A stretch of 64,000 nt of DNA from an uncultured Acidobacteriota bacterium (GTDB lineage Bacteria > Acidobacteriota > Thermoanaerobaculia > Gp7-AA8): contig CAWGHO010000003.1 in NCBI GenBank assembly GCA_963822445.1, forward strand, positions 224,001-288,000. The letters run 5' to 3'. Within the stretch, counting starts at the first letter, position 1. Each line of letters starts with the position of its first letter. Positions 17,764 to 29,095 of the stretch are shown one piece after another. A program made the translations under genes and the position numbers. The notes under the pieces were generated by a model. The model did no database searches. It was not told where the DNA came from and saw only the letters and a program-made list of their open reading frames with translations.

Positions 17764-18171
17764 ATGACCAAACACAATCCACTCCTCACTGTGACCTCTC
17801 TTCTGGCCATCCTCTTCCTCTCGATTCACGTGACCGACGACATCATTCGCGGATACGAAAAATGGGGTTTCGAAAAACTCAGTTTCCTGCTGATCCTGGT
17901 CGTCTGGCTGTACGGAACGCTGGTGTTGTCCGAGCGGCGAGCAGGTCGCGTCATCATGATCCTCGGGGGACTGCTGGCGGCGCTCATACCCGCTGTCCAC
18001 ATGAGGGGCACGGGCTCTTTCGTCAAGTCCAGCGGGGCCTTCTTCTTCATCTGGACGCTCTTCGCGCTCGGCGCCACCGGAGCCCTTACCGTGATCCTCG
18101 CCGCGCGCGGACTGCGGAGGGGGAAGATAATGACCGCGGTCGAGCATGAGAGTCCTGATCGTCGAGGATGA
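17764..18171 (+). CDS. Small multi-TM membrane protein
   Basis: Hydrophobic helices; HVTDDIIRG. Confidence 0.7.
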   Translation: MTKHNPLLTVTSLLAILFLSIHVTDDIIRGYEKWGFEKLSFLLILVVWLYGTLVLSERRAGRVIMILGGLLAALIPAVHMRGTGSFVKSSGAFFFIWTLFALGATGALTVILAARGLRRGKIMTAVEHESPDRRG

Positions 18172-18808
18172 GTCACTGCTGGCCAGCCGGCTGGCCGCCA
18201 CACTCGGAGAACGCGGGTATGCCGTCGACGTTGCGGCGGACGGAGAGCGCGGCGACTTTCTCCTCGGCACCGAGACCTACGACGCGGTCATCCTCGACCT
18301 CGGGTTGCCGCGGATCGACGGGCTCACGCTGCTCGAACGCTGGCGCGCCGCCGGAATCGCGGTGCCGATCCTGGTTCTCACCGCCCGCGGAAGCTGGTCG
18401 GAAAAAGTCCGCGGCATCGACGGGGGCGCGGACGACTACCTGACCAAGCCCTTTCAGGTCGAGGAGCTGCTGGCGCGGCTCCGCGCTCTGATCCGGCGGT
18501 CGAGCGGACAGCTCACGCCCGAATTGCGGTGCGGCGCCGTGGTGCTCGATCCGAGGACGTCGCAGGTCACTCTCGATGGACAGCCGGTGAAGCTGACCAG
18601 TCATGAGCTGCGCGTGCTCTCGTATCTCATGCACCACCGCGGCCGCGTCGTTTCGCAGGGCGAGCTGACCGAGCACATCTACGCGCAGACGTTCGACCGC
18701 GACTCGAACACCGTCGAGGTCTTTATCGCGCGTCTTCGACGGAAGCTCGGCGCGTCAGCGATCGAGACCGTACGCGGACTCGGATATCGCATGCGGGCGG
18801 AATCGTGA
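18146..18808 (+). CDS. OmpR/PhoP-family response regulator
   Basis: LIVEDE; LDLGLP; GADDYLTKPF; DRDSNTVEVFIARLRRKL; IETVRGLGY. Confidence 0.95.
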   Translation: MRVLIVEDESLLASRLAATLGERGYAVDVAADGERGDFLLGTETYDAVILDLGLPRIDGLTLLERWRAAGIAVPILVLTARGSWSEKVRGIDGGADDYLTKPFQVEELLARLRALIRRSSGQLTPELRCGAVVLDPRTSQVTLDGQPVKLTSHELRVLSYLMHHRGRVVSQGELTEHIYAQTFDRDSNTVEVFIARLRRKLGASAIETVRGLGYRMRAES

Positions 18809-19792
18809 AGGGCTCTCTCCGCGCGCGCCTGTTCGTCGGAGCATTCGTCTGGATGATCGCGGTGCTTGATCGCGGTCATTGCCGCGGTGGTCAAGCTTGA
18901 CCCGGAACCATCCCGAGCTGGCGATGCGCCACGGGACGCACTTCGTGATGGCATCGCCGCCGTAGCCTTTCTCGTGGGGGGCTGGTTCCTCATCCGAAGA
19001 GCGGTTGCGCCGTTTCGGAGCCTTCGCGCCGGTCTGTCTTCGGGTTCGCGACGGACGCAGCCAGCGAATCGAAGGGGACTATCCGAGCGAAGTGCAGCCG
19101 CTCGTGGATGATCTGAATGCGCTGCTCGAGGATCGCGAGCGTGCGGTCGCGCGCGCCCTCACCACCGCAGGAGATCTCGCGCATGGATTGAAGACGCCGC
19201 TTGCCGTGCTCGCGCAGGAGGCGGAACAGGCCGGCGGCCGCGGGCCATCACGAACTCGCGGCGACGCTCCGTCAACTGGTCGAGCGGATGCAGCGGCAGA
19301 TCGAGTATCACCTCGCTCGAGCGCGTGCGACCGCGATCGTCGCATGCCGCGCCGGGACTGCGCTGCGCTGTCCTTCCGTCCGTCGAAGGTCTCGTGCGCA
19401 CGATGCGTCGTCTGCACGCGGCCCGGGAGTTGATGATCGACGTCGACGTATCGCCGTCGCACGAGATTCGCGGCCGCAGGGAAGACCTCGACGAGATGCT
19501 GGGCAATCTGCTCGACAACGCGTGCAAGTGGGCGCGCTCGCGCGTCGCTGTCTCGTCAATCATCGACGGCGCCGAGGTCTCGATCGCCGTGGATGACGAC
19601 GGCCCCGGCCTCGATCCGTCGATGCGCGCGCAGGTCCTGCAGCGGGGCGTGCGCGCCGACCAGCAGGTCCGCGGCTCCGGCCTGGGCCTGGCCATCGTCA
19701 GCGACCTCGCCGAGTTGTACGGCGGTTCGGTGACGCTGGAGACCTCGCCGCTGGGCGGAACGCGCGCGCGGCTGAAACTTCCGCGGCCTTGA
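18805..19792 (+). pseudogene. PhoQ/FeuQ-like sensor histidine kinase broken by several frameshifts
   Basis: Pieces lie in different frames: GDLAHGLKTPLAVL (H-box), LGNLLDNACKWA, DDDGPG, GSGLGLAIV. Confidence 0.8.
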
Positions 19793-19849
19793 TGTTCAGT
19801 CATCGCAGCGGCCGACAGAGACCATCGCCGGCCAGGAAATCCGTGGCGT

Positions 19850-20260
<411 letters not shown>

Positions 20261-20498
20261 GAGCTCATTGGCGCGACGTGATCACGACCGCGGCGCCATT
20301 GTTGCGCCGAGATCCTCGATAAGTGCTTGCCAGTCGTGGGCGAGCCTTCGGATCGCTTGCGCCTTCGTGAGGAGCGCGTACCAGAGTTAGGAGGCCGATC
20401 GACGTGTGCTTGATCCCGTCAGCTGACCAAGGCTCCTCGCAGAGGAATAGATGAAACGTTACTGCCGAGAACGTCACTACACAAGAGGAGGATAGCTT

Positions 20499-21359
20499 AT
20501 GAGGCACATAGCGTTAACCGTGACAATTCTTGTTACATCTATGATCTCGGTTCCTGCGATCGGACAAGGTTGGTCCGTGGCGATCGAGGAAAATGCGGCA
20601 GTAACGACATGCGGGAACAACAAGAACATACCGGTCGCCGGAGCGACTGATTGCGACACCGCCAAGAAAGCTGCGTGGGATCTGCTCAAACTACTCCAGG
20701 CGGGTGGTTGTGTCACACCATGTCCCGGTGGAACGGCGATCACCCCTGGCGTCGCAACATGCAAATACGATCCGTACACGCGCCCGAATGGTTCGAAGGC
20801 GAACCGGTGGCAGATCAACTGGACGTGGGCTTGCGCGCCGCCCATAGCACCGGGTTGCTGCAAGTGTTTGGGCGAAACGTCGAGCGTTGATCTAAACACG
20901 GGTCAGGCGAGTCCGATCGATCTGCGCTGGAAGGTGAATGGCGGCAATGCTTACACTACACCGCCATTTTCCGGCTGGATTTCCACGTTAACACCCGCCA
21001 AGTGGATTCAGCCAGTCCCTTCTCCGACGCCGAGCGCAAACGTGCCGGCGAACACGGTATTCAAGTACACGTTACAGTTCGCCGTTCCGAAGTGCACCAT
21101 CCCTATGGATGTGCGGTTGGTGGGATCATTTGCCGCGGACAATAGCGCGAAGGCCTTTCTCGACGGCGTTCAGATCGCGTCGTGTACGGGGCCGAAGTGC
21201 TTTGCCCCGACACAGTCTGGCGGGCAGGCACCCGTCAGTCTCAACGTTCCGTCAATCGCGCCGGGTAATCACACGCTCGAAATACAGGTCGCGAATATCA
21301 GCGGTCCGTCAGGTCTCATCGTCAATGCTCAACTGAAGATAGCCTGTAAGAAGGACTGA
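20499..21359 (+). CDS. Secreted Cys-rich protein with a C-terminal beta-sandwich (lectin-like) domain
   Basis: GAGGAGGA RBS; signal peptide; many Cys; AADNSAKAFLDG...GNHTLEIQVAN...PSGL; visibly lower GC than flanks. Confidence 0.75.
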   Translation: MRHIALTVTILVTSMISVPAIGQGWSVAIEENAAVTTCGNNKNIPVAGATDCDTAKKAAWDLLKLLQAGGCVTPCPGGTAITPGVATCKYDPYTRPNGSKANRWQINWTWACAPPIAPGCCKCLGETSSVDLNTGQASPIDLRWKVNGGNAYTTPPFSGWISTLTPAKWIQPVPSPTPSANVPANTVFKYTLQFAVPKCTIPMDVRLVGSFAADNSAKAFLDGVQIASCTGPKCFAPTQSGGQAPVSLNVPSIAPGNHTLEIQVANISGPSGLIVNAQLKIACKKD

Positions 21360-21439
21360 AACACCCAGGGAGTTTCGTAGGCTACATACGCGGTGTTGTC
21401 ACCTTTGGGCCGCGGTAACACAATCTTGTCGTAACGACG

Positions 21440-21473
21440 GCGCAGATCAGAGGGCCATTCCTCTGGTCTGCGC
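21440..21473. terminator. Hairpin between convergent genes
   Basis: GCGCAGATCAGAGG-GCCATT-CCTCTGGTCTGCGC. Confidence 0.55.
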
Positions 21474-21616
21474 ATCCGGCAGTTGCCTGCAAGACGTTCA
21501 ACTCGCCGGCCGGCGCTTACCTACTGCCAGAAGCTGGCACGGCCCGGCTTCGGCCCGGCGGCCGAGCCGCGGCCGAGCCGCCTACTCCGTCGCAACTGGC
21601 GTGCCTCGCGCGGCGG

Positions 21617-23644
21617 TCAGTGGACAGCGGTCCGTAGGGCTTCGACGTCGCTTGCTCGGATCCATTCCCCCGGATTGATCGCGCTCGCCGTAAAACCGCG
21701 CGCGATACCCAGTTTACTGAGCGCCGCGTCGAGCCGTTGGCGTAACTGCGAGACATGAATCGCCTTCACCGGTGTAGATCCGGCAATCAGCGTCGCGTCG
21801 GTGAACGATCCTCCGGAGATCGACGCCACGGCTTCGATAGCCAGGACGCTGGTTCGCAACTGATCGATGTGGTTTTTCTTGATCACCATACCCGGTAGCG
21901 ACGGGTCTTCGAAGCCGATCGGAACTGCGACGTCGGCGGCGCTGAACGCGGAGGGCAGCAACCGAGGCGCGCTCGCTCGTACGCGATACAGATACGCTTT
22001 GGTCGGGTCGAGGCCGGAATCGACGTAGGAGGTGCCGCTGGCGAAGGTGAGGCTCTCCCATTCACCGCCGGCAGAGCGGCGAAAGATCTCGTACTGCGAG
22101 GTGCCGGACAGGGGATCCCATTGCACCAGCGCCGATCCGTGGCTGCCGTCGGAACGCACGTTGACCGGAGCACCGAAAGCGGGAAGATCGCGGCCGATCG
22201 CCGTGCCGAAGTTGATGATTGCAGGCGCGCCCCCGTACAGATCCGCGCCGCCGCCGAACTTGGGCGTTCCACTGAGCTCGAAGTGATTGTTGAACGTGAC
22301 GAAGAGCCGCCGGTGGAGCTCGTCATAGCCGCAGTAGAAGTTGTGAAATGTGCCGATGGCCATGCTGTACATCGACGCGGGATCCTCGGTCACTGGATCG
22401 CCGTTCGACACGAAGTACTGGAGGTAATAGCCGGGTGTGGAATTGACCACTTGATAGTTGGTCATGCCTTTCGGCGCCCACATCCCGCAGTACGTCTCGA
22501 GGTCAGCCTCTGCAGTGAGGCCGAGGAGACGCCAGTAATAGGCGGCTTTGCACAGCGACGCGGCACGCGGCGCGTCGGCGCGATCCCACTTGTCGGCCGT
22601 GCAGGGGAAGTCCGCGTGGTCCTTACAGACGATCTTCAGGACGTTGGTCGTTGCCGGATCATCCCACCACGCCCAAGTGATAGGCGGTACCCGCATCTTG
22701 TCGATCGTCGGGTCGAAGCCGGCCGCGAAGAAGTAGGCCTGAAGTGTGTCGCGGGCGGCTTGGAGGTAATCGTCGTTGCCGGTTGCTGCATGAGCCATGA
22801 GGAGCATGATCACGACGTCGCCGAAGTAGCCCGCGTACGCGTCTGTATGGCAATCGCTATTGTCTTCCGCCTCATTCGTACAGAGCGCCAGGGCCTGATG
22901 GCGCCCGCCGGTCAGAAGGAGTTCGACGTTGCGGCCGCGCAGGTTGAACGTCGTGTGGGCGAAGTCATGCTGCAGGATAGCCGCTGCGAGCTCATTGGCG
23001 ACGGCGAGGTACTGCGCGCGTCTCGCCGCATCGAACGCGGCAGAGCGCGCCGCCGTGTAAAGCGCGATTGCGCTGCGCGCGCTACCGTCCGTCGCGTCGT
23101 TGTCGGAAACCGTGCGACTGACGGTGGTGTTGTTGCCGTCGAAGTCGACACGGGCCACCCAGACGGGCAGCAGCTTCGAATCGACGCCGTCGTTCATACC
23201 GGCGCCACGCAGGATCTGCAGCGTGTTGAACCAGGCGTGAAAGCGGTCGGTATTCGTGCTGCCGCGCGCCATCGACAGGATCATGCCCGCGAGCGAAAAT
23301 TCATCGGTGACGAGGCATCGCGCATCGGGATCGCCGACGGCGGCGCAGACCTCGAGGTCTGCCGAGCCGTTCAACATCTTCGCGACCAGGAGGCAATCGT
23401 TCGCACCGCCTGGACATGGGACCGTCTTCACGGGATTCCCGGCCAGATTCATGATCGCCTCCGCCAGGAGCTCGTAGGTGATAGCAATCTGCGGATTGTC
23501 TTTCGACAGAAACGTCGTCGATTCGGGCAGGCGCGAAGCGGATGTGGCCACGCTGCACGGGATCTCCGCCGCCGCGGGCACGCAGAGCATGAGGAACAGC
23601 GCTGCGGCGATCGGCTTCGGCATGATGTGCGGATTCTGACGCAC
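21617..23644 (-). CDS. Secreted protein: helical glycoside-hydrolase-like domain, FN3 domain and repeated C-terminal surface motif
   Basis: Signal MPKPIAAALFLMLCVPAAA (ATG 23623); DNDATDG; FN3 (VQWDP...YEIFRR...YVDSGL...YLYRVRA); three repeats of the type IK..HI.QLR. Confidence 0.7.
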   Translation of the reverse strand: MRQNPHIMPKPIAAALFLMLCVPAAAEIPCSVATSASRLPESTTFLSKDNPQIAITYELLAEAIMNLAGNPVKTVPCPGGANDCLLVAKMLNGSADLEVCAAVGDPDARCLVTDEFSLAGMILSMARGSTNTDRFHAWFNTLQILRGAGMNDGVDSKLLPVWVARVDFDGNNTTVSRTVSDNDATDGSARSAIALYTAARSAAFDAARRAQYLAVANELAAAILQHDFAHTTFNLRGRNVELLLTGGRHQALALCTNEAEDNSDCHTDAYAGYFGDVVIMLLMAHAATGNDDYLQAARDTLQAYFFAAGFDPTIDKMRVPPITWAWWDDPATTNVLKIVCKDHADFPCTADKWDRADAPRAASLCKAAYYWRLLGLTAEADLETYCGMWAPKGMTNYQVVNSTPGYYLQYFVSNGDPVTEDPASMYSMAIGTFHNFYCGYDELHRRLFVTFNNHFELSGTPKFGGGADLYGGAPAIINFGTAIGRDLPAFGAPVNVRSDGSHGSALVQWDPLSGTSQYEIFRRSAGGEWESLTFASGTSYVDSGLDPTKAYLYRVRASAPRLLPSAFSAADVAVPIGFEDPSLPGMVIKKNHIDQLRTSVLAIEAVASISGGSFTDATLIAGSTPVKAIHVSQLRQRLDAALSKLGIARGFTASAINPGEWIRASDVEALRTAVH

Positions 23645-23685
23645 GCCAGGCCGCTTGAGCCATAATCCGAGCCGGTCCTTCAGAC

Positions 23686-24329
23686 ATGACAGTCGTTTCG
23701 GCCGGCACCCGCCTCGGTCCCTATGAAGTCGTCTCGCGCGTTGGCGCGGGAGGAATGGGGGAGGTCTGGAAAGCGCGGGACACGCGGCTCGATCGCAGTG
23801 TGGCCATCAAGATCCTTCCGCCCGGGCTCGCGGCGGACGCGCAGTTCAGGCAGCTCGTGCACGCCGACCGCAAGGACACCGGGACCGACGTCGAGATCAT
23901 GGATGGGAGCGGGAAGTTGCGCTCCTTCGTGCGATCGGACGCGGATGACCAGCCCGGTTCGTACTCGCCGGACGGAAAGTGGATCGCCTACTGGCCGGAC
24001 GAGTCGGGCCGCAACGAAGTGTACGTACGACCGCGGAGCGGCGCCGCAGGCCGATGGCAGATCTCGAATCGGGGCGGCACGATGCCCCGCTGGGTGCTCG
24101 ACGATGAGATCGCCTACCTCAACGGGACGAAGAGATCATGACCGTTCCGGTGAAGACGTCTCCGGTCTTCACCGCAGGCGCGCCGCGCGTTCTTCTCGAC
24201 GCAAACGCCTCCGACTTCGACCTTACCCGCGGTGGCCGGGTGTTGATCGTGGAAGCGCTCGATCCAGCCGCGGCGCAGGGGCGCTTGAACGTAGTGGTGA
24301 ACTGGTTCGAAGACATCCGGCGAAAGTGA
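23686..24329 (+). pseudogene. Ser/Thr kinase-propeller gene with a ~2-kb internal deletion plus a frameshift near 24132
   Basis: GAGGMGEVWKARDTRLDRSVAIK...DAQFRQ is joined directly to LVHADRKDTG...GRLNVVVNWFED, matching the two ends of the paralog at 47299-49896. Confidence 0.85.
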
Positions 24330-27151
24330 ACGGACACTTCCCCCTCCTGCTGCGCGTGCTCGTCGTCAGCGCTGTCCTGACGTCGTTGGCTCTGCCGTCC
24401 AGCGCCCTCGATCCACGGAAGCAGATGTCGCAGTATGTCCACGACACGTGGAACACGAACGGAGGCCTTCCGCAGGACTCGCCCAACGCCATCGCCCAGA
24501 CGCCGGACGGATATCTCTGGATTGCGACACAGGAAGGGCTGGCGCGCTTCGACGGGATGAGCTTCACGACGTTCGACTCGCACACGACGCGCGGCGCGCT
24601 GCAGAACTATGTGTATGCGCTGTTCACCGACCGCAAGGGCACGCTGTGGGTCGGCGCGTCGGGAGGTTTGCTCCGCTACGAGGGGCACGGCCGCTTCTCG
24701 CGGACGGAAAGCGAGGAGGCGTGGCCCGGACCGTCGGCGAAACAAGTCACCGAGGATGCGGACGGGACGCTGTGGATCGGGTTGGGAAGTGACGGCACGA
24801 GCGGCGCGAAGGGACTGGTCCGGTATCGCGGCGGCGTACGCGCGGTGCTGCGAACGAAGGACGGACTCTCTTCGGATGTCGTGTCGTACACAGCCTTCGA
24901 TCGCAACGGCAACCACTGGCTCGCGACGTCAAAAGGCATCGACGTCCTGGCCAAAGGAAAGGTCGTTCGCTCGTACACGACCGCCGACGGCCTGGCCAGC
25001 GACATCGTCCGCGTGGTGCTCGTCGATCGCGCCGGGACGGTGTGGGCGGGGACGGAAAGCGGCCTCAGTTTCCTGAAAAACGGCCGTTTTTCGACATTCA
25101 CCACCCGCGATGGACTGACTGACGACACGATCCTGCACCTCCTGGAGGACCGCGACGGGATTCTCTGGGTCGCGACGAGCCGGGGACTGAACCGGGTTGT
25201 GGACGGAAGGATCGAAACCGCACCGCCGCTCACGGGACTGGACGACCATCAGATCAGCACGCTGTTCGAAGACCGCGAAGGGAGTCTCTGGATCGGCACG
25301 CGGGCGGGTGGGCTGCACCGCCTGCGCAGCGCGAGGTTCACCGTCGTCGGGCAGCAGGAAGGACTCCTCGGAGAGATCGCCAACGGGTTGTTCGAGGATC
25401 GCTCAGGGCGGATCTGGGTCGGCGTATCGCCCGGCGGCGTGAACGTCTTCGAGGGCGGACGCTTCCGCGCGCTGCCGGCAGTTCTGCCGAATGGAGCGCG
25501 CACTTTTCACGAAGACGCTGACGGCACCATGTGGCTTGGCTCGCGCGCCGGTGTTCATGTTCTGCGGCAGGGCAGACTCGAAACCTTTCCTCTGGCGGAG
25601 GGAAGTCACGTCACGTTTCGCGATCGGCGCGGCGTGGTCTGGGTCGGAACGGGACGCGGCCTGCTGCGTTTCGAGAACGGGACGTTTGTCAAGGTTCCCA
25701 CGCCGCGTGGATTCCCGGGCGGGGTCCGGCTGATCTTCGAAGATCGCCGCGGGCGGCTCTGGTTCGCGGGAGGCGAGGGGCTGGCCTTTCAGGACGGCGC
25801 AGGGTTTCAGGTCGACCCGCGGTTCGCGAAGGCGAACCTGATGTCGGTCAGCGAAGACGCGGACGGCACGCTCTGGTTCGGCACGTGGAGTCAGGGGCTG
25901 CATCGTCTGCGCGATGGCCGCGTGACGCGATACACGACCGCGAGCGGCCTCTACGACGACGTCGCGTGGTCGGTGCTCGACGACGGGCGTGGTTATCTAT
26001 GGATGGGAAGCAATCGCGGGATCTATCGCGTGGCGAAGAAGGATCTCGACGACTATGCGGTGCGTCGCATCACCACGATCGCGTGCAAGGTCTACGGAAT
26101 TGCGGACGGCATGCGCCGGCGCGAGACGAACTGGGGAAATCCGGCGGCGATCCGCGCACGCGACGGGCGGCTGTGGTTCGGCACGACCGGCGGAGTGGTG
26201 ATCGTCGATCCGGCCGCCGTGGGGATCAATCGCAATCCGCCGCCGGTCGTGCTCGAGCGATTCGTTGCCGACGATGCCGAGGTGCCGATGGGGAAGCGGG
26301 CCGTGCTCGCGCCGGGAACGCGCAACCTCGAGATTCATTACGCGGGCCTGAGCCTCGTTGCGCCCGACAAGATCCGCTATCGCTATCGCCTCGACGGCTA
26401 CGACGAGCGATGGATCGACGCGGGCTCGCGGCGGACCGCGTTCTACACGAACGTTGCACCGGGCACGTATCGCTTCCAGGTCATCGCAGCGAACGAGGAC
26501 GGCGTGTGGAACGAGACCGGCGCGTCGCTGGAGTTCCGTCTGAAGCCGTACTTCCGGCAGACGGGCTGGTTCTACGCGCTCGTGGTCGCCGCGCTGATCC
26601 TCTTCGGCGTCGCGTTGAACGCCTTGCGCGAGCGCCAGCGCCGCATTCGCCATCAGGCGTTCCACGATCCGCTCACCGGCCTGCCGAACCGCATGGAGCT
26701 CGATCGGCGCGCGACGCTCGCCCTCGGGGCGGCGCAGAAGCAGCGGCGATCGATCGCCATCCTCTTCCTCGACCTCGACGGCTTCAAGCGCGTCAACGAC
26801 ACCTACGGCCACGCCAGCGGAGATCGTCTTCTGCAACTGGTGGCGGCGCGCTTTCGCAGTTGTCTCCGCGACGCCGACGTGCTCGCGCGCATCGGCGGCG
26901 ACGAGTTCGCGGTGCTCGTCGATGCGATCGAGCATCGAGCCACCGCGTCCGACATCGCGTGCCGCGTCATCGACGCCGTTCGCGAACCATTCGTCGTCGA
27001 TGGCCATCCTGCCGCGATCGGCGTGAGCATCGGCATCGCCCTCCATCCCGGCGACGGCGACGACGTACGAACGATCCTGCTGGCCGCCGACCGCGCGATG
27101 TATCGCGCGAAGGTGGTCGGGAACACGTTCCGGTTCCACTCGGAAGAGTGA
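24326..27151 (+). CDS. Diguanylate cyclase with two-component-regulator propeller and Y_Y_Y sensor domain
   Basis: Signal peptide; repeated EDxDGxLWxG blades; YRYRLDGYD...YTNVAPGTYRF; TM; HDPLTGLPNR, DLDGFK, RIGGDEF. Confidence 0.92.
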   Translation: MNGHFPLLLRVLVVSAVLTSLALPSSALDPRKQMSQYVHDTWNTNGGLPQDSPNAIAQTPDGYLWIATQEGLARFDGMSFTTFDSHTTRGALQNYVYALFTDRKGTLWVGASGGLLRYEGHGRFSRTESEEAWPGPSAKQVTEDADGTLWIGLGSDGTSGAKGLVRYRGGVRAVLRTKDGLSSDVVSYTAFDRNGNHWLATSKGIDVLAKGKVVRSYTTADGLASDIVRVVLVDRAGTVWAGTESGLSFLKNGRFSTFTTRDGLTDDTILHLLEDRDGILWVATSRGLNRVVDGRIETAPPLTGLDDHQISTLFEDREGSLWIGTRAGGLHRLRSARFTVVGQQEGLLGEIANGLFEDRSGRIWVGVSPGGVNVFEGGRFRALPAVLPNGARTFHEDADGTMWLGSRAGVHVLRQGRLETFPLAEGSHVTFRDRRGVVWVGTGRGLLRFENGTFVKVPTPRGFPGGVRLIFEDRRGRLWFAGGEGLAFQDGAGFQVDPRFAKANLMSVSEDADGTLWFGTWSQGLHRLRDGRVTRYTTASGLYDDVAWSVLDDGRGYLWMGSNRGIYRVAKKDLDDYAVRRITTIACKVYGIADGMRRRETNWGNPAAIRARDGRLWFGTTGGVVIVDPAAVGINRNPPPVVLERFVADDAEVPMGKRAVLAPGTRNLEIHYAGLSLVAPDKIRYRYRLDGYDERWIDAGSRRTAFYTNVAPGTYRFQVIAANEDGVWNETGASLEFRLKPYFRQTGWFYALVVAALILFGVALNALRERQRRIRHQAFHDPLTGLPNRMELDRRATLALGAAQKQRRSIAILFLDLDGFKRVNDTYGHASGDRLLQLVAARFRSCLRDADVLARIGGDEFAVLVDAIEHRATASDIACRVIDAVREPFVVDGHPAAIGVSIGIALHPGDGDDVRTILLAADRAMYRAKVVGNTFRFHSEE

Positions 27152-27163
27152 GCCGCGCCGGTC

Positions 27164-29095
27164 TCAATCACGGAACGCCGTGGCCCCGTTGGCGAGCGAC
27201 AACATCGCCGCGGCCAGAACGAGCCCGTGTGCGGGCGCCTGATACGACGGGGTGAAGACGAAGAAAGCGGTCACGTCGATGATGGAGAGGATCATCGCTC
27301 GCGCCGCGACCGCGGCGAGAAGTCCGATGACGACGAGCATCAGCGTTGAACCGCGTCTCCACGGTGCGCTCAGGCAGAACAGAAGCATGGCCGCCACGAA
27401 GAAGATGGGGCAGGTCCACTGGTAGGCGCGACCGATCATCGCCAGCGCGCGCATGCGGAACGAATCCATGGGGTGAAGAGCGGGTGGGCCGGATACCGCG
27501 ACGGAGTATCGCTCCACCGACATCCGCATCTCGGGGCTCACCGCGACGGGCGACTCGATTTTCAGCGGAATCCTCTCGATGCGCCGGCCCCGCAGCGAAA
27601 CGACGAGGTAGTGATGGTGCGCCGGCACGCGGAGCTCGAATCGCGTCGAACGATCCGGACTCGCGAGGCGCGCGATTCTCGCCTCGGGGACGGCGCGGCC
27701 ATCCTCGGCTTCGATGATCAGTTCGACCGGGCCCTCGCGGTGAAACAGGGAGCCGGTGAGGTGCAGGGTCACGGTCTCCTCTCTCGGCGCGAGCGGCGTG
27801 TGCGTGAGCTCGTAGTCGCGGAGCTCCACCGGCAGGCCCTGGGTGTAGTGACGGGCCAGCACGAAGTCGGCGAAGGCGACGATGCGATACAGCGCGCGGG
27901 CCCACGTTCGTGCGATCTGCCTTCGCTGCCCTTTGAGGACGGGAGGCATGAGCGTGGCGCGGACGCCTCGCGTCTCGAGTCGTCCCGCACGGCTCGCTGC
28001 CTCGACCTCACGCGTGATGCGATCGTAGTACGCGCGAACCGCGGAGCCGCCGCGATCGTAGTAGCCGGCCTTCTGCACGGCCTCGCGGAATGCCCACATG
28101 AACGATGACCCGCCGATGTCGCCATCTCCCAGTTCGCCGGAGACGCGCGCCCAGCGTTCGCCGACCTCCCCTTCGAGGAAGGGCCGAAGCTCGCCGAAGG
28201 CAGGGCTGACCGCGTACACGCGTTCGCGAGTCTCCCTGGGCATCGGCATCCGTGGCCGCGTCGGATACTGGCGCACTCCGGTCATCGTTCCGTATGCGCG
28301 GACGAATGACGTCTCCTTGAACTCGACGACTGCCCAGATCCCGTAGCGCATTCCGTTCGCTACGACCAGTGCCCCGTGCGCGAGCGCGAACATCGCCACC
28401 GGAACGCTCGCCATCACGAGCGTTCGCTTCCATCCGGCACGCAGCAGAAGGGCGAGCAGCACGCAGGCCGCGAAGGGCACGATCCACACGCCTTCTTCGC
28501 GGATGTGCCAAAAGACGGCGAGCGCGACACCGCAGAGAATCAACCAGGGGACAACTCGCGCGGTGGGACGGTCGATCCGGAACAGCGCCCCGGCCGCGCC
28601 GGCGACGATCAGCAGCGCCATCGAGGAGGTGAAATGCTCGCGCGACACGATGCTCGGCAGATCGTCCGCAAAGGTCATGGGGTTGAACACCACGACCACG
28701 AACAGCGCCAGCCTCCAAAGCGGGGAGCGAATCAACGGCGCGACCGCCCTGACGAGGATGAAGGCAGCGATCACGTACAACACCTGTTGAGCAAAGAGCA
28801 GCGGAACGTGCAGTGACGACGTGAACGCGATCCACAGCGGATAGGCCGGACCCTTGATCAGCGTCAGGTGGTCGTACGGTCCGAGCCAGTGCCCATCGAG
28901 GATGGAGCGGGCTTTCCGCAGGAACCAGAGGTCGTCGTAACCGGCGAAGCTGAAGGCGGCGACGCGCCAGAATGCGACGAGCCACAACTTCGTGATCGCG
29001 GCGGCGACGATGCCGAGGATCTCGAAACGCCGCGCGGCGGAGCTCACGGGCAGGAGTATAGAAGCGGGACCGCGGCGGCCTTGTGGCCGAATCAC
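27164..29095 (-). CDS. Polytopic membrane protein, possibly a GT-C-type glycosyltransferase (start uncertain)
   Basis: YDDLWF...WLGPYDHLTLIKGPAYP; many TMs; REEGVW. Confidence 0.65.
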   Translation of the reverse strand: MIRPQGRRGPASILLPVSSAARRFEILGIVAAAITKLWLVAFWRVAAFSFAGYDDLWFLRKARSILDGHWLGPYDHLTLIKGPAYPLWIAFTSSLHVPLLFAQQVLYVIAAFILVRAVAPLIRSPLWRLALFVVVVFNPMTFADDLPSIVSREHFTSSMALLIVAGAAGALFRIDRPTARVVPWLILCGVALAVFWHIREEGVWIVPFAACVLLALLLRAGWKRTLVMASVPVAMFALAHGALVVANGMRYGIWAVVEFKETSFVRAYGTMTGVRQYPTRPRMPMPRETRERVYAVSPAFGELRPFLEGEVGERWARVSGELGDGDIGGSSFMWAFREAVQKAGYYDRGGSAVRAYYDRITREVEAASRAGRLETRGVRATLMPPVLKGQRRQIARTWARALYRIVAFADFVLARHYTQGLPVELRDYELTHTPLAPREETVTLHLTGSLFHREGPVELIIEAEDGRAVPEARIARLASPDRSTRFELRVPAHHHYLVVSLRGRRIERIPLKIESPVAVSPEMRMSVERYSVAVSGPPALHPMDSFRMRALAMIGRAYQWTCPIFFVAAMLLFCLSAPWRRGSTLMLVVIGLLAAVAARAMILSIIDVTAFFVFTPSYQAPAHGLVLAAAMLSLANGATAFRD

